Assembly (NCBI GenBank): GCA_964500775.1
Contig: CAZCQG010000007.1
Span: 2,179 to 66,178 of the forward strand
Source of the DNA: an uncultured Campylobacterales bacterium
GTDB lineage: Bacteria; Campylobacterota; Campylobacteria; Campylobacterales; CAZCQG01
DNA length: 64,000 bases
Direction: 5' to 3'
The position numbers and the translations under genes are program-made. Under the pieces are notes generated by a model. That model searched no databases. It saw nothing but the letters and a program-made list of their open reading frames with translations, and was not told the origin of the DNA. Below are positions 1-9,926 of this stretch, in pieces (position 1 is the first letter of the stretch; every line of letters begins with the position of its first letter).

Positions 1-423
1 TTGTGGATTATGATTCCCATACTTACCCTTTTAGGAATCGCCTTTATTAGGATGACGTTTGGATTTTCGCACGGTTTTGAGAAAATGGAACCTATCGGTT
101 CGATTTTATTTATTCTGACTTCTAGCGTGTTTTCATTGCAAATTATGTTTGGTTTAGTCGGATATATGACCATGAAAAAAATCGGCTATTTTAGTGAGTA
201 TATATTCGGGGAGGAGAAGAAGCCTTCAAGTTTTGCGATCGTTTGTCCCGGAGTGGCATTTTTCGTGTTCGGGATGTTTTTTATTTTTATCGGGCTAGTC
301 AAAACGGGAATCGTCGCAAAATTCGGTATCCCTATGTTTGTTTTAATGCTCCCCTTTATCTACGTGCAGTACAAAACAGTCCGTGTGGCGCTATTGCTCA
401 ATAAAAAGATACTCAAAAAGTAA
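1..423 (+). CDS. integral membrane protein, C-terminal fragment (5' end outside window)
   Basis: ORF open at the window edge; translation is a series of hydrophobic helices; no family motif recognised. Confidence 0.4.
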   Translation: MWIMIPILTLLGIAFIRMTFGFSHGFEKMEPIGSILFILTSSVFSLQIMFGLVGYMTMKKIGYFSEYIFGEEKKPSSFAIVCPGVAFFVFGMFFIFIGLVKTGIVAKFGIPMFVLMLPFIYVQYKTVRVALLLNKKILKK

Positions 424-426
424 CGG

Positions 427-1302
427 CTAGGCGATAAGCTTTTTGAGTATCGCCATCCTTACGGCTACGCCGTTTTCTACTTGTTCCAAGACCTTGCATC
501 TCGGATCTTTGAGCACCTCATCGTCTATATCGATGTTTCGGTGAACGGGACCGGGGTGGAGGATGAGTATATCTCGCTCTCTGATCACCTCTTGGGTGAT
601 GCAATAATCGCTGGCATAATCTTTGAGTCCCGCATAGATAGGGTGGCTGTGGCGCTCTGTCTGCGTACGAAGCGACATAATGACGGAGAGATCGTCTATC
701 ACCTCTTTGATAAATCGTACGCTTTTGATATTTTTCACCTTCGGCGTAAATTGGGGCGGAGCGACGAGTATCACCTCCATACCGAATCTGCTCAAAAGCT
801 CTATGTTGCTATTGGCTACGCGGGAGTTTTTTATATCGCCGACTATAGCGACTTTCTTCCCTTTTATATCTTTAATGTGTCGCTTGATGGTGAAGAGATC
901 CAAAAGCGCTTGCGAAGGGTGAGCGTGTGAGCCATCCCCGCCGTTTAAGATAGAGCATTTGACGTGTTTTGAGAGTATCTGCGGCACACCCGAGTTTTTG
1001 TGGCGCACGACGATGGCATCGGGCTGCATCGCGCTTAGATTGGCTGCTGTGTCATAAAGTGTTTCCCCTTTGCTTGTCGAGCTTTTGGAGACATCGAGCG
1101 TCACCACGTCCGCCCCTAAACGTTTCGAAGCTATCTCAAAACTAGAGAGTGTCCGAGTCGAATTTTCAAAAAAGATGTTGATGACAAGCTTGTTTTTGAG
1201 TACGTCGCGCTTTTCGCCGTCCAAAAATAGCTCCGCCTCTTTGAAAAGTTCCGTGATCTCATCGACGCTAAAATCTTTCGTATTGATCAAATGTTTCGCC
1301 AA
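427..1302 (-). CDS. pyrB: aspartate carbamoyltransferase catalytic subunit
   Basis: [13 protein letters not shown] carbamoyl-phosphate motif, HPSQ and LHPGP motifs, 291 aa. Confidence 0.95.
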   Translation of the reverse strand: MAKHLINTKDFSVDEITELFKEAELFLDGEKRDVLKNKLVINIFFENSTRTLSSFEIASKRLGADVVTLDVSKSSTSKGETLYDTAANLSAMQPDAIVVRHKNSGVPQILSKHVKCSILNGGDGSHAHPSQALLDLFTIKRHIKDIKGKKVAIVGDIKNSRVANSNIELLSRFGMEVILVAPPQFTPKVKNIKSVRFIKEVIDDLSVIMSLRTQTERHSHPIYAGLKDYASDYCITQEVIRERDILILHPGPVHRNIDIDDEVLKDPRCKVLEQVENGVAVRMAILKKLIA

Positions 1303-1339
1303 GCGATTTCCTCATATTTTTGGATTATATTACACCAAC

Positions 1340-2269
1340 TCAATTTAAGGTAACACCGTTTTTGAGATAGTAGATTATCGGTTGCAGGTCTAATAATAGC
1401 GTAAGTGTTGCAACGGAAATTATCGCAACGAGTGCGATTTTTTTTGATGCTTTGTCGCAAAATAGGTATGTAAAAAAGTAGAGCAAGGTGGATTGCAACG
1501 CGATAAAGTATGCGATAAAAATAGCAAAACCTATAAAATAATAGTGGGACGAAAGGGCACAATACGGGCATTTGTGCGTAGGAAGCTCGTATATGTAGGG
1601 TGAGTAAAAATAGACATACGAAAGATATGCAAAAAATGCAAATAAGAATATGGAGATAAATCCTAAAAGGGCGTTTTTGTAAATCATCGAAAAAAGGACG
1701 GAAAATACCGTTACGTTAAAAAGTATGGCAGTGAATAACGGGTCGATAGGAAAGGTGAGAAAAGCAGGAGCGGCGGCAAAGAGCGAGGAGCAGCAGCTCA
1801 CGATCTTGCTGCTTTCAAAAGTGCTTGCTGCCGAAAAGATGAGTCCTGATTCCGCAAAAAGCGAAAGGAGAAAAAGGGCGAAAAATATCGCGATCTTTTT
1901 GTCGTATTTACGTACGCTTAAGCGCTCATTCTCGCTATATAAGCTCACCGTAAAAAGGGCGAAGAAAAAGGTGATTCCTTTTGCGAGGATAAAAGGCTCC
2001 AAGAGTGCGTTTGCGCCCACCACTCCGGCCCCACACATCGCCCCTTTCAAAATCTCGGCGAGATCGTCTATGGCGTAGAGCGTGTAGATAAGGAGGAGAA
2101 AATGGAGCACGAGGTATAAAGCGAGCGAATAGGCTAGCAGGTATACGTTTTTATACTGTTTTACGGGGTCTTTGGCATAGTCGTACCACTGTTTTGCGAC
2201 AAATCCAAAATATATGACGCTCACCGCTTCTATGAGCGAGAGGATGTTAAGATTATACGAATCCCCCAC
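1340..2269 (-). CDS. polytopic Cys-containing membrane protein, last gene of the Trx/ABC operon
   Basis: About 8-9 hydrophobic segments; Cys motifs MCGAG, VSCCSS, HKCPYC; GTG start overlaps the stop of the ABC ATPase by 1 nt. Confidence 0.6.
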   Translation of the reverse strand: MGDSYNLNILSLIEAVSVIYFGFVAKQWYDYAKDPVKQYKNVYLLAYSLALYLVLHFLLLIYTLYAIDDLAEILKGAMCGAGVVGANALLEPFILAKGITFFFALFTVSLYSENERLSVRKYDKKIAIFFALFLLSLFAESGLIFSAASTFESSKIVSCCSSLFAAAPAFLTFPIDPLFTAILFNVTVFSVLFSMIYKNALLGFISIFLFAFFAYLSYVYFYSPYIYELPTHKCPYCALSSHYYFIGFAIFIAYFIALQSTLLYFFTYLFCDKASKKIALVAIISVATLTLLLDLQPIIYYLKNGVTLN

Positions 2270-2919
2270 TAGAGTGCCTCTGTATCAAAATCCAAGAGCG
2301 TATCTTGTATGCCGCTTTCTAACAACGTCGTATCATGCGTAGCGACGATGACGATTTTTCCCTCCGCTTTAAACTCTTTGAGTATCTCGATAAAGTGTCT
2401 TGTCAGACCTCCGTCGAGATTTGCGGTGGGTTCATCTGCGAGAATGACCTTTGGATTGCATGCCAAAGCCCTTGCGGCAGAGACTCTTTGCGCTTCGCCC
2501 CCTGAAAGAATCGATGCTTTTGCCCCTAATTTATGTTCGATCTTGAAGATACTTGCACATGTGCGCACTCGCGCCTCGATTGCATTGAGGGGTAATTTTT
2601 GACGTAGGAGCGGGAGGGCGATATTGGAATCTACACTTAGATCGGGGATGAGGGTAGGGCTTTGAAAGATAAGTCCAAACTCTTTGTTCCTAATTTCACA
2701 TTTGAGGTAGTTTGAAAGTCCGCAGATGCGCGTATCATCGAGCCACACCTCCCCGCTATCGGATTCTAAAAGGGCACAGATGATATTTAAAAGGGTGCTT
2801 TTCCCCGAACCGCTCCTCCCTTTGATAAAAAGGAGTTCGCCCGCTTCAAGGGTAAAATTGATATTTTCGAGGATTCTTTTTTCGCCGTAGCTTTTTGTGA
2901 TATTTTCTACCCGAATCAT
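2269..2919 (-). CDS. ABC transporter ATP-binding protein (LolD/MacB-ATPase-like)
   Basis: Walker A GRSGSGKST, signature LSGGEAQR, Walker B ILADEPT. Start chosen at MIRVENITK (ATG 2919), which overlaps the permease stop as ATGA; the longer track ORF to 2979 is probably an over-extension. Confidence 0.9.
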   Translation of the reverse strand: MIRVENITKSYGEKRILENINFTLEAGELLFIKGRSGSGKSTLLNIICALLESDSGEVWLDDTRICGLSNYLKCEIRNKEFGLIFQSPTLIPDLSVDSNIALPLLRQKLPLNAIEARVRTCASIFKIEHKLGAKASILSGGEAQRVSAARALACNPKVILADEPTANLDGGLTRHFIEILKEFKAEGKIVIVATHDTTLLESGIQDTLLDFDTEAL

Positions 2920-4088
2920 CGCATACCCCTCGTATCTTCTTTCGTGCTTTTTCTCCAAATAGGAATAAGCGAAGCGCACATAAAAAGGACGCTAAGCGCG
3001 ATAAATCCGCCGAAAACATCCAAAAAGTCGATAGCAGGGACAAAAGTGATTTTTTCATTGAGCCGTGAGTAGCCCAAGAAAATGTCCCTAAAAATAGGTG
3101 CGTCAAGCGCAAAAACGAACAAGTACGCCAAGAACGTACCGATGATAAACGCACTCAATAATACGATCGTGCTTTTGAGCGCCTCGATGGCTAGAAGATG
3201 GTCGGTATGGTAGCCAAGGGCTTTTAGCAAGCCGTAATCTCTGCTTTCCGCCCCGCTTGCGCTTGAATATCTATCAAAAACAAGGAGCGCGAGAGAGAGG
3301 AAAAGGAGGATGTATATGAGTGCTTGCGTCCCTTTTGTCCTATCAAAAAACGAGGCGGTATTAAGGATAATATCCTCTTTGAGGGTGACCAAAAGATCGC
3401 TATCGAGCTCCAAGAGTTTTCGTTTTATATTGCCTATTTCGTCGTTGTTGTAGACGGCGATTCCTATGTCGCTGCATTCATTACGTTTGAAGTCCAAAAT
3501 AGCGCGCGCCTGCTCCATAGGGAGCAAAACAAGATCGTTAGTGTACATACTTGATTCTGCGCTAAAGATTCCGGCGATGGGGATATTGGTCACGTTTGAG
3601 CCTTTGATAAAAGGAATCGCCTCTTTTCCCGTATAGCGTTTTATCGCTTCATACACCCCTTTGCCTACTAGCGCTCCTTCTTTGAGGGCGGTTTTGTTAT
3701 CAAGGTTTTGCAATAGCGCATTTATCCGTGTTTCACCGTTTTCTAAAAAGCGCTCATATCCGATGACGGTAAAATTTGATGCGATATTTTCGAAGTAGTA
3801 GATTCCCCAAATGCGAGGTTCGATAAGTTTCACCCCTTGAATCTTCTCTATCTTATCCGCCAATGAGCAGGGTATCTTCCCTACGCTTCCTCCGCGGAGC
3901 TTTTGGAGAGTGATGTCGTCTTGGGAAAGTGCTGCTAAGGTAAGCTCGTTTTTTATGGAAGAGGCGAGAAACGAGAGGGTAGAGTGGGTGAAAAAAATCA
4001 TTGATACGATAAGGAGGGTGATAAAATTCTTTGCCCGCTCTTTTGATAAAAACAAGAGGCTGACATAAAGGATATTACGCAAACTCAT
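2916..4088 (-). CDS. ABC transporter permease, FtsX/MacB type
   Basis: N-terminal TM helix, large periplasmic domain, then three C-terminal TM helices; 390 aa; ATGA overlap with the upstream small ORF. Confidence 0.85.
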   Translation of the reverse strand: MSLRNILYVSLLFLSKERAKNFITLLIVSMIFFTHSTLSFLASSIKNELTLAALSQDDITLQKLRGGSVGKIPCSLADKIEKIQGVKLIEPRIWGIYYFENIASNFTVIGYERFLENGETRINALLQNLDNKTALKEGALVGKGVYEAIKRYTGKEAIPFIKGSNVTNIPIAGIFSAESSMYTNDLVLLPMEQARAILDFKRNECSDIGIAVYNNDEIGNIKRKLLELDSDLLVTLKEDIILNTASFFDRTKGTQALIYILLFLSLALLVFDRYSSASGAESRDYGLLKALGYHTDHLLAIEALKSTIVLLSAFIIGTFLAYLFVFALDAPIFRDIFLGYSRLNEKITFVPAIDFLDVFGGFIALSVLFMCASLIPIWRKSTKEDTRGMR

Positions 4089-4372
4089 CGTATCGTTCCT
4101 AGGGTTGAGATGGGATAGGCTTCTATAGTGAATGGAGCTTGATTCCGATACAAGGTGGGATTGGCGTAGGTGAGTAAAAAGCGGGCGTTTACGGTTTCGT
4201 TGTATATACTTAGTCCGCTGCTATTTGCAAAACGGACGGTATCTTGCAAACGCCGCATCTCTTGCACATCGTATTTTTGCCCTTGATAGAGAAAAATAAA
4301 CGAACAAATTATCGCTATAAAAACAATCGTGCCATACGTAAAGAATCGAAAAAGGCGCTGTATTTCAAACAT
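4085..4372 (-). CDS. small membrane-anchored protein (one N-terminal TM helix)
   Basis: 95-aa ORF with overlapping junctions to both neighbours (TAATG upstream, ATGA downstream); hydrophobic segment TIVFIAIICSFIFL. Confidence 0.5.
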   Translation of the reverse strand: MFEIQRLFRFFTYGTIVFIAIICSFIFLYQGQKYDVQEMRRLQDTVRFANSSGLSIYNETVNARFLLTYANPTLYRNQAPFTIEAYPISTLGTIR

Positions 4373-4848
4373 TAAAAAAGCGCCATCACCCGTTTTTTAA
4401 ACGCGCCGTATTCTAGCTCTCCGATGATAACGTCTCGCACGATATTATTACCGTCAAGAATGAAAGAGGTTGGGGTAGCGAGTACGCCGAAATTGCGCCC
4501 GCTTGTTTTCTCTTTGTCTCGTAAAATCGTATAGGTGATGTCGTTTTTTTTGATAAAGGCTTCTATCGGCTCTGTGTAGTCGGCGAGATTTATAGCGACT
4601 ATCTCGACTTTGTCGGAGTGTTCTTTGTAAAACGCCTCTATTTGGGGCATCTCGATGAGGCACGAGGGGCAGTTGAGCTCCCAAAAACGGACAACTTTAA
4701 TTTTATCCCCCAAAGAAGAAAAATCATACGTTGCTCCGCGTAAATCGAGGGCCTCGATTCTTGGTGCGGCTTCCCCGATTTTTATATTCTTTTTAAACTC
4801 GCACCCCCCTAATAATAGGAGTAACAAAACCGTTACGACCTTACCCAA
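4372..4848 (-). CDS. TlpA/ResA-family thiol-disulfide oxidoreductase lipoprotein
   Basis: Lipobox LLGGC; thioredoxin CxxC motif WELNCPSC; 158 aa. Confidence 0.85.
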   Translation of the reverse strand: MGKVVTVLLLLLLGGCEFKKNIKIGEAAPRIEALDLRGATYDFSSLGDKIKVVRFWELNCPSCLIEMPQIEAFYKEHSDKVEIVAINLADYTEPIEAFIKKNDITYTILRDKEKTSGRNFGVLATPTSFILDGNNIVRDVIIGELEYGAFKKRVMALF

Positions 4849-4929
4849 AACTCCCCCTGCGCTTAAAACTAGTTCGCTATAATACAGTCATTTACGTTAA
4901 TAGAAAATTTACAGTATTCGGAGCAATTT

Positions 4930-6255
4930 ATGAATTTATGCGTCGTCGGGACGGGATATGTAGGACTTGTGAGCGGAGCGTGTTTTGCCGAAATGGGAAA
5001 CAAAGTCGTTTGCGTAGATGTCGACGAAAAGAAAATATCAAAACTGAAACAAGGAATCATCCCAATCTATGAACCGGGATTGGAAGATGTCGTTATGAGA
5101 AATTATGAAGATAAACGACTTATTTTTAGTACGAATCTCGAAGAGGGTTTGGAGAAGTGCCAGATAGCTTTTATAGCCGTCGGTACGCCGATGGGAGAGG
5201 ATGGTAGTGCCGATTTGCAATACGTCTTAGCCGTCGCTAGAGAGATCGGTCAGAAGATGACCCGACCGCTTGTGGTGGTAGATAAATCGACCGTCCCCGT
5301 GGGTACGGCGGATAAAGTGCGTGCGGCGATACAAGGGGAGCTAGAGAAACGAGGCGTAACCATCGAGTTTGACGTAGTGAGTAACCCCGAGTTTTTAAAA
5401 GAAGGGGATGCCGTCAATGATTTTTTAAAGCCCGATAGAGTCGTCATCGGTGCGGACAGTCAAAAGTCTATGGAGCTTTTAAAAGAGTTGTATGCCCCGT
5501 TTACTCGAAGTCACGAGCGATTTATCGGGATGGGAATCCGCAGTGCGGAGATGACCAAATACGCTGCAAACGCGATGCTAGCGACGAAAATCTCCTTTAT
5601 GAACGAGATGAGTAATATCTGCGAAGCGGTAGGTGCAAACGTCAACGACGTCCGCGTAGGAATCGGCAGCGACAAACGTATCGGATATAGTTTCATCTAT
5701 CCGGGATGCGGGTATGGCGGGAGCTGCTTTCCAAAAGACGTAAAAGCGCTTGAGAAAATCGCACTAGATGCAGGAGTAGAACCAAAGGTCATAAAAGCGG
5801 TAGAAGATGTCAATAGAGCGCAAAAATATGTGATTAGCAACAAAATAGCGAAGCGATTCGGTGAGGATTTGAGTGGGAAAAAATTCGCGATTTGGGGGCT
5901 TAGTTTTAAACCCGAGACCGATGATATGCGCGAAGCTAGCTCCATTACCATCATAAAAGAACTCGTGCGACGAGGTGCTAGTATCGCGGCATACGATCCA
6001 AAAGCGATGGAAGAGGCGAAACATTTTTACCTCAAAGATGTAGCGGTAGAGTATTTTAATAACAAGTACGATGCACTCAACGGATGCGAGGCGATGATAC
6101 TCGTGACGGAGTGGAAAGAGTTTCGAAGCCCCGATTTTTATGAGATAAAAAATAGACTCAACGCCCCGATAATCTTTGACGGCAGGAATCAGTACAAAAG
6201 AGAGAAGCTCAAAGAGTTGGCGTTTGAGTATTATCAAATAGGGGTAGCGGAGTAG
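4930..6255 (+). CDS. ugd: UDP-glucose 6-dehydrogenase
   Basis: N-terminal Rossmann motif VVGTGYVGLVSG; catalytic GGSCFPKD motif; 441 aa. Confidence 0.93.
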   Translation: MNLCVVGTGYVGLVSGACFAEMGNKVVCVDVDEKKISKLKQGIIPIYEPGLEDVVMRNYEDKRLIFSTNLEEGLEKCQIAFIAVGTPMGEDGSADLQYVLAVAREIGQKMTRPLVVVDKSTVPVGTADKVRAAIQGELEKRGVTIEFDVVSNPEFLKEGDAVNDFLKPDRVVIGADSQKSMELLKELYAPFTRSHERFIGMGIRSAEMTKYAANAMLATKISFMNEMSNICEAVGANVNDVRVGIGSDKRIGYSFIYPGCGYGGSCFPKDVKALEKIALDAGVEPKVIKAVEDVNRAQKYVISNKIAKRFGEDLSGKKFAIWGLSFKPETDDMREASSITIIKELVRRGASIAAYDPKAMEEAKHFYLKDVAVEYFNNKYDALNGCEAMILVTEWKEFRSPDFYEIKNRLNAPIIFDGRNQYKREKLKELAFEYYQIGVAE

Positions 6256-6293
6256 CTCTTTGAATCTCTAATCAAAATAGCAAGAGGTGAGGG

Positions 6294-6521
6294 ATGGCGA
6301 AAATCGATGAAATAAAAGAGGAGTTGAATTATCTCAAGATTTGGCTCGGAATCGTCGTGGTGACGGCTATTAGTCTCATAAGTTGGTTAGTGAATAATTA
6401 TGAGACTTCTAGTTTCGTAAAAATAATCGGAGATGTCGCGGCGGTAGTGATTCTAACGTTTGCTATAATCATAATAGACAGAAAAATTAAGTTAAAAATT
6501 AAAAGTTTAAAGGATTTGTGA
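6294..6521 (+). CDS. small two-TM membrane protein
   Basis: 75-aa ORF with a GAGGTGAGGG Shine-Dalgarno just upstream; two hydrophobic helices. Confidence 0.45.
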   Translation: MAKIDEIKEELNYLKIWLGIVVVTAISLISWLVNNYETSSFVKIIGDVAAVVILTFAIIIIDRKIKLKIKSLKDL

Positions 6522-6594
6522 TGGAGTTTTTGGTAATCGCAACGATAGCTTTTTTTGTGATAACTATCGTTTATATCGGTACGCACGCTGTTTC

Positions 6595-7311
6595 TTGAAA
6601 AATAGGCTCGATACGTATCTAGTAGAAAAAGGGTTCTTCCAAAGCCGCAATAAGGCGAGTGAAGCCATCAAAGACGAGAAAGTCAAGGTCGATGGAAAAA
6701 CTATCTGCAAGCCCTCTTTTGAGGTGTGCGAAGAATCTACTGTAGAGATAGAGGAGGCGCTCCAATACGTGAGCAGGGCGGCGTATAAGCTCCTCTCTTT
6801 ATTGGAGCATTATTCGGTGGAATTTTACGGCAAAAGGGTGCTTGATGTCGGGGCGAGCACGGGGGGATTTACCCAAGTAGCACTCCAAAACGGAGCGGAA
6901 AGTGTCGTTTGTGTCGATGTGGGCAAAAGCCAACTACATCCAAAGATACAAGCCGATACTAGAGTGCAAAGCTTGGAATCGTGTGACATTCGGGATTTTG
7001 TCGATGAAGCGGGGTTTGCGATCGTGTTATGCGATGTCTCGTTTATCAGCGTGACGTATATCGCGAGTGCTTTGGCGAGCTTGGCAAAGGAATCTATCAT
7101 CCTCCTTTTTAAACCGCAGTTTGAAGTGGGGAAGGAATCCAAAAGGGATAAAAACGGCGTAGTGCAAAATAGAGCCGATATAGAATTAGCAAAAGAGCGC
7201 GCCGTAGCGGTATTTCAAAAATTAGGTTGGAAAAAAATTTATGAGCAGTTTTCAGAGGTTAGCGGTAAAGAGGGCAACAGAGAGATATTCTTGTGCTTTG
7301 GTAGAGCGTGA
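6595..7311 (+). CDS. tlyA: TlyA-family rRNA 2'-O-methyltransferase (hemolysin A-like)
   Basis: S4-like N-terminus RLDTYLVEKGFFQSRNKA; FtsJ-type SAM motif VLDVGASTGGFTQ; apparent TTG start. Confidence 0.9.
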   Translation: MKNRLDTYLVEKGFFQSRNKASEAIKDEKVKVDGKTICKPSFEVCEESTVEIEEALQYVSRAAYKLLSLLEHYSVEFYGKRVLDVGASTGGFTQVALQNGAESVVCVDVGKSQLHPKIQADTRVQSLESCDIRDFVDEAGFAIVLCDVSFISVTYIASALASLAKESIILLFKPQFEVGKESKRDKNGVVQNRADIELAKERAVAVFQKLGWKKIYEQFSEVSGKEGNREIFLCFGRA

Positions 7312-8122
7312 GATAGAAGAGCTTGCTATCGGCAAATTTGACGGTATGCACGTGGGGCATCAGAGCCTCTTTAAAGAACTGGGGGAGAATGGAGCTATTT
7401 TGGTCATAGACAACGGAAGTGCGACCCTCACCCCAAATAGCCTCAAGCAAGAGATAATCAACAAACCGGTATTTGTCACGGACTTGGATGCCGTGCGTGA
7501 TGTAGAGGGGGAGGATTTTATCGCGAATCTCACTGTGACTTTTCCTAGATTGCGAAAGATTATCGTGGGGTACGACTTTCGATTTGGCAAAGATAGACGC
7601 TACTGCGCCCAAGATATTGCGAGATTCTTCACAGGAGAGAGTGTAGTAAAAGAGGAGGTCAAGGTCGATAATATCTCGGTACATAGCGGTATTATCAAAG
7701 AGCTGCTCTACCACGGCGATATAGCACAGGCAAACAAACTCCTCGGTCGGGCGTTTGCGATAGAGGGGAAACATATACGAGGTCAAGGTATCGGCGCCAC
7801 GCAGCTTGTAGCGACGATAAATCTAGATTGCGACGGATATTTGATACCGAGTGAAGGAATCTACGCCACAAGAAGCAGAGTGGATGGAAAGGTGCTTGAT
7901 TCGGTGACGTTTGTAGGGCACAGATACAGCACCGATAGGGCTTTTAGCGTAGAGACCCATATTTTGGACGAAAAAATCGAGATACAAAACGATACGGTGC
8001 GGATAAGCTTTTATGAAAAATTGCGCGATAATAGGCTCTTTGATTCCCTAGAGGCGCTGAAAGTACAAATAGGGCACGATATAGTTGAAGCGAAAAAGGT
8101 GCTTGCAAATGTCGATAGATAA
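7241..8122 (+). CDS. ribF: bifunctional riboflavin kinase / FAD synthetase
   Basis: AIGKFDGMHVGHQ nucleotidyltransferase motif and a C-terminal riboflavin kinase region (ETHILD). True start is uncertain; TTG at 7298 is an alternative because 7241 overlaps tlyA by 71 nt. Confidence 0.9.
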   Translation: MSSFQRLAVKRATERYSCALVEREIEELAIGKFDGMHVGHQSLFKELGENGAILVIDNGSATLTPNSLKQEIINKPVFVTDLDAVRDVEGEDFIANLTVTFPRLRKIIVGYDFRFGKDRRYCAQDIARFFTGESVVKEEVKVDNISVHSGIIKELLYHGDIAQANKLLGRAFAIEGKHIRGQGIGATQLVATINLDCDGYLIPSEGIYATRSRVDGKVLDSVTFVGHRYSTDRAFSVETHILDEKIEIQNDTVRISFYEKLRDNRLFDSLEALKVQIGHDIVEAKKVLANVDR

Positions 8123-8819
8123 GGTTTTTGAGAACGACATCAAATCTAAATTTACGTTTGATGAGACGGTAGCATCGGTGTTTGATGATATGCTGCTCCG
8201 CTCCGTCCCGTTTTATAAAGAATCCCAGTCGCTTATCATTGCCATCCTCACCCAAAGGCTAGAAGCAGGCGACACCGTTTGCGATCTCGGATGCTCGACG
8301 GGAAATATGCTTTTAGAGATCGCCCAAAAGATTCCTCTATCGCTTGTTTTAAAGGGGATAGATAGTTCATTGCCCATGGTGGAGCAGGCGAGGAAAAAGA
8401 GCGCGGCATTCGGGTGTGATGCAGAATTTATACACGGTGATTTCAATGAGGTCGATTTTGAGGGCGCAAAAGCGATACTCTCCAACTACACCTTACAGTT
8501 TATCCGCCCGATAAATAGAGGGGCGCTTGTGAAAAAGGTGTATGATTCTTTGGCACAAAACGGCTTGTTTATTTTTAGCGAAAAGCTTGTAAGTAAAGAG
8601 GCGATGTTTGACAAAGAGATGATCGATATGTATTATGATTTCAAGCGAAAAAACGGCTATTCAAACACCGAGATCGCTAAAAAAAGAGAAGCACTAGAAA
8701 ACGTCCTCATTCCTTATAGTGAAGAGGAGAATATTCTCATGGCAAAGAGCGCGGGTTTTAGGCATTGTGAGATACTTTTTCGCTGGGTAAATTTCGCGAC
8801 GTTTGTCGCATTCAAATAG
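8109..8819 (+). CDS. cmoA: carboxy-S-adenosyl-L-methionine synthase
   Basis: N-terminus FTFDETVASVFDDMLLRSVPFY and SAM motif VCDLGCSTGN; start taken at MSIDKVF. Confidence 0.88.
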   Translation: MSIDKVFENDIKSKFTFDETVASVFDDMLLRSVPFYKESQSLIIAILTQRLEAGDTVCDLGCSTGNMLLEIAQKIPLSLVLKGIDSSLPMVEQARKKSAAFGCDAEFIHGDFNEVDFEGAKAILSNYTLQFIRPINRGALVKKVYDSLAQNGLFIFSEKLVSKEAMFDKEMIDMYYDFKRKNGYSNTEIAKKREALENVLIPYSEEENILMAKSAGFRHCEILFRWVNFATFVAFK

Positions 8820-8828
8820 GAAAATAGC

Positions 8829-9926
8829 GTGGATTGCGTAGAGATATTAAAAAAACTCATAACCTGTAAAAGTGTCACTCCCGATGACGGCGGAGCTTTG
8901 GAGTATATTAAATCGTTATTTCCCGATTTTGCTTCCATAGAGCAAGAGATACACGGCGTAAAAAATCTTTTTCTCTACAAAAAAAACGGCGAAGGGAAAC
9001 ATCTCTGCTTCGCAGGGCACGTCGATGTCGTACCTGCAGGCGAGGGATGGAGCTGTGATCCTTTCGGTGCGGAAGAGAAAGACGGATATATCTATGGACG
9101 CGGCACGCAGGATATGAAAAGCGGTATCGCGGCGTTTATGAGCGCTATCGCTCAAAGCGATTTTCAAGGGACTATTTCGATGCTCCTCACAAGCGATGAA
9201 GAGGGGGACGGAATCTACGGCACGAGAGAGATGCTAGCGCATTTGCAAACAATAGCGATGCTTCCCGATTTTGCTATCGTTGCCGAGCCTACAAGCGATA
9301 CCAAAGTGTGTGATGCCATAAAAGTGGGAAGAAGAGGCTCTATAAACGGAGTGCTCAAACTCTACGGCAAACAAGGGCACGCCGCGTACCCGAATAAAGC
9401 GAAGAACCCGATAGACCTTATCGCCCCTTTACTACCGAAATTAGCGGGGCATTATTTTGATAGCGGAGATGATTTTTTTGAACCTAGCCGCCTTACGATT
9501 ACGGACATTCGATCGGGCATAGAGGTCTCAAACGTCACGCCGAGCGAACTAAAGATGCTATTTAATGTTAGAAACTCTACAAATACAAAACCCGAAGATA
9601 TACGAAGCTACATCGATTCGCTTTTTAGCGGGATGGAATATACGCTAGAGCTAAAACAAGGCTCAATGCCGTTTTTGACCGATAGGGATTCGGAGCTTGT
9701 GCACAAATCCAAAGTCGCGGTACAAAAAGTATGCGGCTATCTTCCCGATTGTAATACCAAAGGGGGGACGAGCGACGCTCGCTACTTCGGAGGGGAATAT
9801 GGAATCGACACGGTGGAGATAGGGGTGGTGAATGATAGAATCCACGCTACCGACGAACGGGTAGGAATCGATGAATTGCGAATCTTAGAAGCGGTGTATG
9901 CTACCTTGATACGGAGCCTCTCCTAG
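8829..9926 (+). CDS. dapE: succinyl-diaminopimelate desuccinylase (M20 peptidase)
   Basis: GHVDVVP and TSDEEG metal-binding motifs; 365 aa; GTG start. Confidence 0.9.
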   Translation: MDCVEILKKLITCKSVTPDDGGALEYIKSLFPDFASIEQEIHGVKNLFLYKKNGEGKHLCFAGHVDVVPAGEGWSCDPFGAEEKDGYIYGRGTQDMKSGIAAFMSAIAQSDFQGTISMLLTSDEEGDGIYGTREMLAHLQTIAMLPDFAIVAEPTSDTKVCDAIKVGRRGSINGVLKLYGKQGHAAYPNKAKNPIDLIAPLLPKLAGHYFDSGDDFFEPSRLTITDIRSGIEVSNVTPSELKMLFNVRNSTNTKPEDIRSYIDSLFSGMEYTLELKQGSMPFLTDRDSELVHKSKVAVQKVCGYLPDCNTKGGTSDARYFGGEYGIDTVEIGVVNDRIHATDERVGIDELRILEAVYATLIRSLS

